From positions 744,001-808,000 of the forward strand of contig CAXKVF010000077.1 in assembly GCA_964057225.1 (NCBI GenBank): 64,000 nt of DNA, given 5' to 3'. This DNA comes from Auanema rhodensis. Lineage: Eukaryota; Animalia; Nematoda. The notes beneath the pieces were generated by a model. That model saw nothing but the letters and a program-made list of their open reading frames with translations. It was not told where the DNA came from and made no database searches. The translations under genes and the position numbers were made by a program. Each line of letters begins with the position of its first letter. Positions within the stretch are counted from its first letter, which is position 1. Below are positions 42,769 through 56,671 of this stretch, piece after piece.

Positions 42769-45700
42769 GGGGAATCTAATTTTGAAAACCGCATCTCTTT
42801 ATCTTTCACGTGAAGCGAGTTACATACCAAGTGCACATCACGTGTACATTTAATTAGCATAAATTAAAGTTCACGTAAATTTCAAAGTCATGGTTACCAT
42901 GAAGCAATATCAATAAAAATTTGTTTTTAGACTAATATGGACATGGGGAATCTAATTTTGAAAACCGCATCTCTTTATCTTTCACGTGAAGCGAGTTACA
43001 TACCAAGTGCACATCACGTGTACATTTAATTAGCATAAATTAAAGTTCACGTAAATTTCAAAGTCATGGTTACCATGAACCAATATCAATAAAAATTTGT
43101 TTTTAGACTAATATGGACATGGGGAATCTAATTTTGGAAACCGCATCTCTTTATCTTTCACGTGAAGCGAGTTACATACCAAGTGCACATCACGTGTACA
43201 TTTAATTAGCATAAATTAAAGTTCACGTAAATTTCAAAGTCATGGTTACCATGCACCAATATCAATAAAAATTTGTTTTTAGACTAATATGGACATGGGG
43301 AATCTAATTTTGAAAACCGCATCTCTTTATCTTTCACGTGAAGCGAGTTACATACCAAGTGCACATCACGTGTACATTTAATTAGCATAAATTAAAGTTC
43401 ACGTAAATTTCAAAGTCATGGTTACCATGCACCAATATCAATAAAAATTTGTTTTTAGACTAATATCGACATGGGGAATCTAATTTTGAAAACCGCATCT
43501 CTTTATCTTTCACGTGAAGCGAGTTACATACCAAGTGCACATCACGTGTACATTTAATTAGCATAAATTAAAGTTCACGTAAATTTCAAAGTCATGGTTA
43601 CCATGAACCAATATCAATAAAAATTTGTTTTTAGACTAATATGGACATGGGGAATCTAATTTTGAAAACCGCATCTCTTTATCTTTCACGTGAAGCGAGT
43701 TACATACCAAGTGCACATCACGTGTACATTTAATTAGCATAAATTAAAGTTCACGTAAATTTCAAAGTCATGGTTACCATGAAGCAATATCAATAAAAAT
43801 TTGTTTTTAGACTAATATGGACATGGGGAATCTAAGTTTGAAAACCGCATCTCTTTATCTTTCACGTGAAGCGAGTTACATACCAAGTGCACATCACGTG
43901 TACATTTAATTAGCATAAATTAAAGTTCACGTAAATTTCAAAGTCATGGTTACTATGAACCAATATCAATAAAAATTTGTTTTTAGACTAATATGGACAT
44001 GGGGAATCTAAGTTTGAAAACCGCATCTCTTTATCTTTCACGTGAAGCGAGTTACATACCAAGTGCACATCACGTGTACATTTAATTAGCATAAATTAAA
44101 GTTCACGTAAATTTCAAAGTCATGGTTACTATGAACCAATATCAATAAAAATTTGTTTTTAGACTAATATGGACATGGGGAATCTAATTTTGAAAACCGC
44201 ATCTCTTTATCTTTCACGTGAAGCGAGTTACATACCAAGTGCACATCACGTGTACATTTAATTAGCATAAATTAAAGTTCACGTAAATTTCAAAGTCATG
44301 GTTACCATGCACCAATATCAATAAAAATTTGTTTTTAGACTAATATGGACATGGGGAATCTAATTTTGAAAACCGCATCTCTTTATCTTTCACGTGAAGC
44401 GAGTTACATACCAAGTGCACATCACGTGTACATTTAATTAGCATAAATTAAAGTTCACGTAAATTTCAAAGTCATGGTTACCATGAACCAATATCAATAA
44501 AAATTTGTTTTTAGACTAATATGGACATGGGGAATCTAATTTTGAAAACCGCATCTCTTTATCTTTCACGTGAAGCGAGTTACATACCAAGTGCACATCA
44601 CGTGTACATTTAATTAGCATAAATTAAAGTTCACGTAAATTTCAAAGTCATGGTTACCATGCACCAATATCAATAAAAATTTGTTTTTAGACTAATATGG
44701 ACATGGGGAATCTAATTTTGAAAACCGCATCTCTTTATCTTTCACGTGAAGCGAGTTACATACCAAGTGCACATCACGTGTACATTTAATTAGCATAAAT
44801 TAAAGTTCACGTAAATTTCAAAGTCATGGTTACCATGAACCAATATCAATAAAAATTTGTTTTTAGACTAATATGGACATGGGAAATCTAATTTTGAAAA
44901 CCGCATCTCTTTATCTTTCACGTGAAGCGAGTTACATACCAAGTGCACATCACGTGTACATTTAATTAGCATAAATTAAAGTTCACGTAAATTTCAAAGT
45001 CATGGTTACCATGCACCAATATCAATAAAAATTTGTTTTTAGACTAATATGGACATGGGGAATCTAATTTTGAAAACCGCATCTCTTTATCTTTCACGTG
45101 AAGCGAGTTACATACCAAGTGCACATCACGTGTACATTTAATTAGCATAAATTAAAGTTCACGTAAATTTCAAAGTCATGGTTACCATGAACCAATATCA
45201 ATAAAAATTTGTTTTTAGACTAATATGGACATGGGGAATCTAATTTTGGAAACCTCATCTCTTTATCTTTCACGTGAAGCGAGTTACATACCAAGTGCAC
45301 ATCACGTGTACATTTAATTAGCATAAATTAAAGTTCACGTAAATTTCAAAGTCATGGTTACCATGCACCAATATCAATAAAAATTTGTTTTTAGACTAAT
45401 ATGGACATGGGGAATCTAATTTTGAAAACCGCATCTCTTTATCTTTCACGTGAAGCGAGTTACATACCAAGTGCACATCACGTGTACATTTAATTAGCAT
45501 AAATTAAAGTTCACGTAAATTTCAAAGTCATGGTTACCATGAACCAATATCAATAAAAATTTGTTTTTAGACTAATATGGACATGGGGAATCTAATTTTG
45601 GAAACCGCATCTCTTTATCTTTCACGTGAAGCGAGTTACATACCAAGTGCACATCACGTGTACATTTAATTAGCATAAATTAAAGTTCACGTAAATTTCA

Positions 45701-46288
45701 AAGTCATGGTTACCATGCACCAATATCAATAAAAATTTGTTTTTAGACTAATATGGACATGGGGAATCTAATTTTGAAAACCGCATCTCTTTATCTTTCA
45801 CGTGAAGCGAGTTACATACCAAGTGCACATCACGTGTACATTTAATTAGCATAAATTAAAGTTCACGTAAATTTCAAAGTCATGGTTTCCATGCACCAAT
45901 ATCAATAAAAATTTGTTTTTAGACTAATATGGACATGGGGAATCTAATTTTGAAAACCGCATCTCTTTATCTTTCACGTGAAGCGAGTTACATACCAAGT
46001 GCACATCACGTGTACATTTAATTAGCATAAATTAAAGTTCACGTAAATTTCAAAGTCATGGTTACCATGAACCAATATCAATAAAAATTTGTTTTTAGAC
46101 TAATATGGACATGGGGAATCTAATTTTGAAAACCGCATCTCTTTATCTTTCACGTGAAGCGAGTTACATACCAAGTGCACATCACGTGTACATTTAATTA
46201 GCATAAATTAAAGTTCACGTAAATTTCAAAGTCATGGTTACCATGAAGCAATATCAATAAAAATTTGTTTTTAGACTAATATGGACAT

Positions 46289-49200
46289 GGGGAATCTAAT
46301 TTTGAAAACCGCATCTCTTTATCTTTCACGTGAAGCGAGTTACATACCAAGTGCACATCACGTGTACATTTAATTAGCATAAATTAAAGTTCACGTAAAT
46401 TTCAAAGTCATGGTTACCATGAACCAATATCAATAAAAATTTGTTTTTAGACTAATATGGACATGGGGAATCTAATTTTGGAAACCGCATCTCTTTATCT
46501 TTCACGTGAAGCGAGTTACATACCAAGTGCACATCACGTGTACATTTAATTAGCATAAATTAAAGTTCACGTAAATTTCAAAGTCATGGTTACCATGCAC
46601 CAATATCAATAAAAATTTGTTTTTAGACTAATATGGACATGGGGAATCTAATTTTGAAAACCGCATCTCTTTATCTTTCACGTGAAGCGAGTTACATACC
46701 AAGTGCACATCACGTGTACATTTAATTAGCATAAATTAAAGTTCACGTAAATTTCAAAGTCATGGTTACCATGCACCAATATCAATAAAAATTTGTTTTT
46801 AGACTAATATCGACATGGGGAATCTAATTTTGAAAACCGCATCTCTTTATCTTTCACGTGAAGCGAGTTTCATACCAAGTGCACATCACGTGTACATTTA
46901 ATTAGCATAAATTAAAGTTCACGTAAATTTCAAAGTCATGGTTACCATGAACCAATATCAATAAAAATTTGTTTTTAGACTAATATGGACATGGGAAATC
47001 TAATTTTGAAAACCGCATCTCTTTATCTTTCACGTGAAGCGAGTTACATACCAAGTGCACATCACGTGTACATTTAATTAGCATAAATTAAAGTTCACGT
47101 AAATTTCAAAGTCATGGTTACCATGCACCAATATCAATAAAAATTTGTTTTTAGACTAATATGGACATGGGGAATCTAAGTTTGAAAACCGCATCTCTTT
47201 ATCTTTCACGTGAAGCGAGTTACATACCAAGTGCACATCACGTGTACATTTAATTAGCATAAATTAAAGTTCACGTAAATTTCAAAGTCATGGTTACTAT
47301 GAACCAATATCAATAAAAATTTGTTTTTAGACTAATATGGACATGGGGAATCTAAGTTTGAAAACCGCATCTCTTTATCTTTCACGTGAAGCGAGTTACA
47401 TACCAAGTGCACATCACGTGTACATTTAATTAGCATAAATTAAAGTTCACGTAAATTTCAAAGTCATGGTTACTATGAACCAATATCAATAAAAATTTGT
47501 TTTTAGACTAATATGGACATGGGGAATCTAATTTTGAAAACCGCATCTCTTTATCTTTCACGTGAAGCGAGTTACATACCAAGTGCACATCACGTGTACA
47601 TTTAATTAGCATAAATTAAAGTTCACGTAAATTTCAAAGTCATGGTTACCATGCACCAATATCAATAAAAATTTGTTTTTAGACTAATATGGACATGGGG
47701 AATCTAATTTTGAAAACCGCATCTCTTTATCTTTCACGTGAAGCGAGTTACATACCAAGTGCACATCACGTGTACATTTAATTAGCATAAATTAAAGTTC
47801 ACGTAAATTTCAAAGTCATGGTTACCATGCACCAATATCAATAAAAATTTGTTTTTAGACTAATATGGACATGGGGAATCTAATTTTGAAAACCGCATCT
47901 CTTTATCTTTCACGTGAAGCGAGTTACATACCAAGTGCACATCACGTGTACATTTAATTAGCATAAATTAAAGTTCACGTAAATTTCAAAGTCATGGTTA
48001 CCATGAACCAATATCAATAAAAATTTGTTTTTAGACTAATATGGACATGGGGAATCTAATTTTGGAAACCGCATCTCTTTATCTTTCACGTGAAGCGAGT
48101 TACATACCAAGTGCACATCACGTGTACATTTAATTAGCATAAATTAAAGTTCACGTAAATTTCAAAGTCATGGTTACCATGCACCAATATCAATAAAAAT
48201 TTGTTTTTAGACTAATATGGACATGGGGAATCTAATTTTGAAAACCGCATCTCTTTATCTTTCACGTGAAGCGAGTTACATACCAAGTGCACATCACGTG
48301 TACATTTAATTAGCATAAATTAAAGTTCACGTAAATTTCAAAGTCATGGTTACCATGCACCAATATCAATAAAAATTTGTTTTTAGACTAATATCGACAT
48401 GGGGAATCTAATTTTGAAAACCGCATCTCTTTATCTTTCACGTGAAGCGAGTTTCATACCAAGTGCACATCACGTGTACATTTAATTAGCATAAATTAAA
48501 GTTCACGTAAATTTCAAAGTCATGGTTACCATGAACCAATATCAATAAAAATTTGTTTTTAGACTAATATGGACATGGGAAATCTAATTTTGAAAACCGC
48601 ATCTCTTTATCTTTCACGTGAAGCGAGTTACATACCAAGTGCACATCACGTGTACATTTAATTAGCATAAATTAAAGTTCACGTAAATTTCAAAGTCATG
48701 GTTACCATGCACCAATATCAATAAAAATTTGTTTTTAGACTAATATGGACATGGGGAATCTAAGTTTGAAAACCGCATCTCTTTATCTTTCACGTGAAGC
48801 GAGTTACATACCAAGTGCACATCACGTGTACATTTAATTAGCATAAATTAAAGTTCACGTAAATTTCAAAGTCATGGTTACTATGAACCAATATCAATAA
48901 AAATTTGTTTTTAGACTAATATGGACATGGGGAATCTAAGTTTGAAAACCGCATCTCTTTATCTTTCACGTGAAGCGAGTTACATACCAAGTGCACATCA
49001 CGTGTACATTTAATTAGCATAAATTAAAGTTCACGTAAATTTCAAAGTCATGGTTACTATGAACCAATATCAATAAAAATTTGTTTTTAGACTAATATGG
49101 ACATGGGGAATCTAATTTTGAAAACCGCATCTCTTTATCTTTCACGTGAAGCGAGTTACATACCAAGTGCACATCACGTGTACATTTAATTAGCATAAAT

Positions 49201-50336
49201 TAAAGTTCACGTAAATTTCAAAGTCATGGTTACCATGCACCAATATCAATAAAAATTTGTTTTTAGACTAATATGGACATGGGGAATCTAATTTTGAAAA
49301 CCGCATCTCTTTATCTTTCACGTGAAGCGAGTTACATACCAAGTGCACATCACGTGTACATTTAATTAGCATAAATTAAAGTTCACGTAAATTTCAAAGT
49401 CATGGTTACCATGCACCAATATCAATAAAAATTTGTTTTTAGACTAATATCGACATGGGGAATCTAATTTTGAAAACCGCATCTCTTTATCTTTCACGTG
49501 AAGCGAGTTTCATACCAAGTGCACATCACGTGTACATTTAATTAGCATAAATTAAAGTTCACGTAAATTTCAAAGTCATGGTTACCATGAACCAATATCA
49601 ATAAAAATTTGTTTTTAGACTAATATGGACATGGGAAATCTAATTTTGAAAACCGCATCTCTTTATCTTTCACGTGAAGCGAGTTACATACCAAGTGCAC
49701 ATCACGTGTACATTTAATTAGCATAAATTAAAGTTCACGTAAATTTCAAAGTCATGGTTACCATGCACCAATATCAATAAAAATTTGTTTTTAGACTAAT
49801 ATGGACATGGGGAATCTAAGTTTGAAAACCGCATCTCTTTATCTTTCACGTGAAGCGAGTTACATACCAAGTGCACATCACGTGTACATTTAATTAGCAT
49901 AAATTAAAGTTCACGTAAATTTCAAAGTCATGGTTACTATGAACCAATATCAATAAAAATTTGTTTTTAGACTAATATGGACATGGGGAATCTAAGTTTG
50001 AAAACCGCATCTCTTTATCTTTCACGTGAAGCGAGTTACATACCAAGTGCACATCACGTGTACATTTAATTAGCATAAATTAAAGTTCACGTAAATTTCA
50101 AAGTCATGGTTACTATGAACCAATATCAATAAAAATTTGTTTTTAGACTAATATGGACATGGGGAATCTAATTTTGAAAACCGCATCTCTTTATCTTTCA
50201 CGTGAAGCGAGTTACATACCAAGTGCACATCACGTGTACATTTAATTAGCATAAATTAAAGTTCACGTAAATTTCAAAGTCATGGTTACCATGCACCAAT
50301 ATCAATAAAAATTTGTTTTTAGACTAATATGGACAT
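46289..50336. repeat. Nested 9-mer/6-mer higher-order repeat: three copies of a 6-monomer core
   Basis: The core [171C][54T][4A][12G+130T][12G+130T][CAC] starts at 46641, 48225 and 49281 (offsets 1584 and 1056 bp). 54T (GAGTTTCAT) occurs only here. Confidence 0.9.
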
Positions 50337-53300
50337 GGGGAATCTAATTTTGAAAACCGCATCTCTTTATCTTTCACGTGAAGCGAGTTACATACCAAGT
50401 GCACATCACGTGTACATTTAATTAGCATAAATTAAAGTTCACGTAAATTTCAAAGTCATGGTTACCATGCACCAATATCAATAAAAATTTGTTTTTAGAC
50501 TAATATGGACATGGGGAATCTAATTTTGAAAACCGCATCTCTTTATCTTTCACGTGAAGCGAGTTACATACCAAGTGCACATCACGTGTACATTTAATTA
50601 GCATAAATTAAAGTTCACGTAAATTTCAAAGTCATGGTTACCATGAACCAATATCAATAAAAATTTGTTTTTAGACTAATATGGACATGGGGAATCTAAT
50701 TTTGAAAACCGCATCTCTTTATCTTTCACGTGAAGCGAGTTACATACCAAGTGCACATCACGTGTACATTTAATTAGCATAAATTAAAGTTCACGTAAAT
50801 TTCAAAGTCATGGTTACCATGCACCAATATCAATAAAAATTTGTTTTTAGACTAATATGGACATGGGAAATCTAATTTTGAAAACCGCATCTCTTTATCT
50901 TTCACGTGAAGCGAGTTACATACCAAGTGCACATCACGTGTACATTTAATTAGCATAAATTAAAGTTCACGTAAATTTCAAAGTCACGGTTACCATGAAG
51001 CAATATCAATAAAAATTTGTTTCTAGACTAATATGGACATGGGGAATCTAATTTTGAAAACCGCATCTCTTTATCTTTCACGTGAAGCGAGTTACATACC
51101 AAGTGCACATCACGTGTACATTTAATTAGCATAAATTAAAGTTCACGTAAATTTCAAAGTCATGGTTACCATGAACCAATATCAATAAAAATTTGTTTTT
51201 AGACTAATATGGACATGGGGAATCTAATTTTGAAAACCGCATCTCTTAATCTTTCACGTGAAGCGAGTTACATACCAAGTGCACATCACGTGTACATTTA
51301 ATTAGCATAAATTAAAGTTCACGTAAATTTCAAAGTCATGGTTACCATGAACGAATATCAATAAAAATTTGTTTTTAGACTAATATGGACATGGGGAATC
51401 TAATTTTGAAAACCGCATCTCTTTATCTTTCACGTGAAGCGAGTTACATACCAAGTGCATATCACGTGTACATTTAATTAGCATAAATTAAAGTTCACGT
51501 AAATTTCAAAGTCATGGTTACCATGAAGCAATATCAATAAAAATTTGTTTTTAGACTAATATGGACATGGGGAATCTAGTTTTGAAAACCGCATCTCTTT
51601 ATCTTTCACGTGAAGCGAGTTACATACCAAGTGCACATCACGTGTACATTTAATAAGAATAAATTAAAGTTCACGTAAATTTCAAAGTCATGGTTACCAT
51701 GAACCAATATCAATAAAAATTTGTTTTTAGACTAATATGGACATGGGGAATCTAATTTTGAAAACCGCATCTCTTTATCTTTCACGTGAAGCGAGTTACA
51801 TACCAAGTGCACATCACGTGTACATTTAATTAGCATAAATTAAAGTTCACGTAAATTTCAAAGTCATGGTTACCATGAACCAATATCAATAAAAATTTGT
51901 TTTTAGACTAATATGGACATGGGGAATCTAATTTTGAAAACCGCATCTCTTTATCTTTCACGTGAAGCGAGTTACATACCAAGTGCACATCACGTGTACA
52001 TTTAATTAGCATAAATTAAAGTTCACGTAAAATTCAAAGTCATGGTTACCATGCACCAATATCAATAAAAATTTGTTTTTAGACTAATATGGACATGGGG
52101 AATCTAATTTTGAAAATCGCATCTCTTTATCTTTCACGTGAAGCGAGTTACATACCAAGTGCACATCACGTGTACATTTAATTAGCATAAATTAAAGTTC
52201 ACGTAAATTTCAAAGTCATGGTTACCATGAACCAATATCAATAAAAATTTGTTTTTAGACTAATATGGACATGGGGAATCTAATTTTGAAAACCGCATCT
52301 CTTTATCTTTCACGTGAAGCGAGTTACATACCAAGTGCACATCACGTGTACATTTAATTAGCATAAATTAAAGTTCACGTAAATTTCAAAGTCATGGTTA
52401 CCATGCACCAATATCAATAAAAATTTGTTTTTAGACTAATATGGACATGGGGAATCTAATTTTGAAAACCGCATCTCTTTATCTTTCACGTGAAGCGAGT
52501 TACATACCAAGTGCACATCACGTGTACATTTAATTAGCATAAATTAAAGTTCACGTAAATTTCAAAGTCATGGTTACCATGAACCAATATCAATAAAAAT
52601 TTGTTTTTAGACTAATATGGACATGGGGAATCTAATTTTGAAAACCGCATCTCTTTATCTTTCACGTGAAGCGAGTTACATACCAAGTGCACATCACGTG
52701 TACATTTAATTAGCATAAATTAAAGTTCACGTAAATTTCAAAGTCATGGTTACCATGAAGCAATATCAATAAAAATTTGTTTTTAGACTAATATGGACAT
52801 GGGGAATCTAATTTTGAAAACCGCATCTCTTTATCTTTCACGTGAAGCGAGTTACATACCAAGTGCACATCACGTGTACATTTAATTAGCATAAATTAAA
52901 GTTCACGTAAATTTCAAAGTCATGGTTACCATGAAGCAATATCAATAAAAATTTGTTTTTAGACTAATATGGACATGGGGAATCTAATTTTGAAAACCGC
53001 ATCTCTTTATCTTTCACGTGAAGCGAGTTACATACCAAGTGCACATCACGTGTACATTTAATTAGCATAAATTAAAGTTCACGTAAATTTCAAAGTCATG
53101 GTTACCATGAACCAATATCAATAAAAATTTGTTTTTAGACTAATATGGACATGGGGAATCTAATTTTGAAAACCGCATCTCTTTATCTTTCACGTGAAGC
53201 GAGTTACATACCAAGTGCACATCACGTGTACATTTAATTAGCATAAATTAAAGTTCACGTAAATTTCAAAGTCATGGTTACCATGAACCAATATCAATAA

Positions 53301-55088
53301 AAATTTGTTTTTAGACTAATATGGACATGGGGAATCTAATTTTGAAAACCGCATCTCTTTATCTTTCACGTGAAGCGAGTTACATACCAAGTGCACATCA
53401 CGTGTACATTTAATTAGCATAAATTAAAGTTCACGTAAATTTCAAAGTCATGGTTACCATGAACCAATATCAATAAAAATTTGTTTTTAGACTAATATGG
53501 ACATGGGGAATCTAATTTTGAAAACCGCATCTTTTTATCTTTCACGTGAAGCGAGTTACATACCAAGTGCACATCACGTGTACATTTAATTAGCATAAAT
53601 TAAAGTTCACGTAAATTTCAAAGTCATGGTTACCATGCACCAATATCAATAAAAAATTGTTTTTAGACTAATATGGACATGGGGAATCTAATTTTGAAAA
53701 CCGCATCTCTTTATCTTTCACGTGAAGCGAGTTACATACCAAGTGCACATCACGTGTACATTTAATTAGCATAAATTAAAGTTCACGTAAATTTCAAAGT
53801 CATGGTTACCATGAACCAATATCAATAAAAATTTGTTTTTAGATTAATATGGACATGGGGAATCTAATTTTGAAAACCGCATCTCTTTATCTTTCACGTG
53901 AAGCGAGTTACATACCAAGTGCACATCACGTGTACATTTAATTAGCATAAATTAAAGTTCACGTAAATTTCAAAGTCATGGTTACCATGAACCAATATCA
54001 ATAAAAATTTGTTTTTAGACTAATATGGACATGGGGAATCTAATTTTGAAAACCGCATCTCTTTATCTTTCACGTGAAGCGAGTTACATACCAAGTGCAC
54101 ATCACGTGTACATTTAATTAGCATAAATTAAAGTTCACGTAAATTTCAAAGTCATGGTTACCATGCACCAATATCAATAAAAAATTGTTTTTAGACTAAT
54201 ATGGACATGGGGAATCTAATTTTGAAAACCGCATCTATTTATCTTTCACGTGAAGCGAGTTACATACCAAGTGCACATCACGTGTACATTTAATTAGCAT
54301 AAATTAAAGTTCACGTAAATTTCAAAGTCATGGTTACCATGAACCAATATCAATAAAAATTTGTTTTTAGACTAATATGGACATGGGGAATCTAATTTTG
54401 AAAACCGCATCTCTTTATCTTTCACGTGAAGCGAGTTACATACCGAGTGCACATCACGTGTACATTTAATTAGCATAAATTAAAGTTCACGTAAATTTCA
54501 AAGTCATGTTTACCATGAACCAATATCAATAAAAATTTGTTTTTAGACTAATATGGACATGGGGAATCTAATTTTGAAAACCGCATCTCTTTATCTTTCA
54601 CGTGAAGCGAGTTACATACCAAGTGCACATCACGTGTACATTTAATTAGCATAAATTAAAGTTCACGTAAATTTCAAAGTCATGGTTACCATGAACCAAT
54701 ATCAATAAAAATTTGTTTTTAGACTAATATGGACATGGGGAATCTAATTTTGAAAACCGCATCTCTTTATCTTTCACGTGAAGCGAGTTACATACCAAGT
54801 GCACATCACGTGTACATTTAATTAGCATAAATTAAAGTTCACGTAAATTTCAAAGTCATGGTTACCATGCACCAATATCAATAAAAAATTGTTTTTAGAC
54901 TAATATGGACATGGGGAATCTAATTTTGAAAACCGCATCTCTTTATCTTTCACGTGAAGCGAGTTACATACCAAGTGCACATCACGTGTACATTTAATTA
55001 GCATAAATTAAAGTTCACGTAAATTTCAAAGTCATGGTTACCATGCACCAATATCAATAAAAATTTGTTTTTAGACTAATATGGACAT

Positions 55089-55263
55089 GGGGAATCTAAT
55101 TTTGAAAACCGCATCTCTTTATCTTTCACGTGAAGCGAGTTACATACCAAGTGCACATCACGTGTACATTTAATTAGCATAAATTAAAGTTCACGTAAAT
55201 TTCAAAGTCATGGTTACCATGAAGCAATATCATTAAAAGTTGTTTTTAGACTAATATGGACAT
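55089..55263. repeat. Single 175-bp variant monomer (M314), the only indel seen in the window
   Basis: CATTAAAAGTTG at 55231-55242 replaces consensus CAATAAAAATTTG, and all downstream monomers shift by -1. Confidence 0.93.
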
Positions 55264-56671
55264 GGGGAATCTAATTTTGAAAACCGCATCTCTTTATCTT
55301 TCACGTGAAGCGAATTACATACCAAGTGCACATCACGTGTACATTTAATTAGCATAAATTAAAGTTCACGTAAATTTCAAAGTCATGGTTACCATGAAGC
55401 AATATCAATAAAAATTTGTTTTTAGACTAATATGGACATGGGGAATCTAATTTTGAAAACCGCATCTCTTTATCTTTCACGTGAAGCGAGTTACATACCA
55501 AGTGCACATCACGTGTACATTTAATTAGCATAAATTAAAGTTCACGTAAATTTCAAAGTCATGGTTACCATGAACCAATATCAATAAAAATTTGTTTTTA
55601 GACTAATATGGACATGGGGAATCTAATTTTGAAAACCGCATCTCTTTATCTTTCACGTGAAGCGAATTACATACCAAGTGCACATCACGTGTACATTTAA
55701 TTAGCATAAATTAAAGTTCACGTAAATTTCAAAGTCATGGTTACCATGCACCAATATCAATAAAAATTTGTTTTTAGACTAATATGGACATGGGGAATCT
55801 AATTTTGAAAACCGCATCTCTTTATCTTTCACGTGAAGCGAGTTACATACCAAGTGCACATCACGTGTACATTTAATTAGCATAAATTAAAGTTCACGTA
55901 AATTTCAAAGTCATGGTTACCATGAACCAATATCAATAAAAATTTGTTTTTAGACTAATATGGACATGGGGAATCTAATTTTGAAAACCGCATCTCTTTA
56001 TCTTTCACGTGAAGCGAGTTACATACCAAGTGCACATCACGTGTACATTTAATTAGCATAAATTAAAGTTCACGTAAATTTCAAAGTCATGGTTACCATG
56101 AACCAATATCAATAAAAATTTGTTTTTAGACTAATATGGACATGGGGAATCTAATTTTGAAAACCGCATCTCTTTATCTTTCACGTGAAGCGAGTTACAT
56201 ACCAAGTGCACATCACGTGTACATTTAATTAGCATAAATTAAAGTTCACGTAAATTTCAAAGTCCTGGTTACCATGAACCAATATCAATAAAAATTTGTT
56301 TTTAGACTAATATGGACATGGGGAATCTAATTTTGAAAACCACATCTCTTTATCTTTCACGTGAAGCGAGTTACATACCAAGTGCACATCACGTGTACAT
56401 TTAATTAGCATAAATTAAAGTTCACGTAAATTTCAAAGTCATGGTTACCATGAACCAATATCAATAAAAATTTGTTTTTAGACTAATATGGACATGGGGA
56501 ATCTAATTTTGAAAACCGCATCTCTTTATCTTTCACGTGAAGCGAGTTACATACCAAGTGCACATCACGTGTACATTTAATTAGCATAAATTAAAGTTCA
56601 CGTAAATTTCAAAGTCATGGTTACCATGCACCAATATCAATAAAAATTTGTTTTTAGACTAATATGGACAT

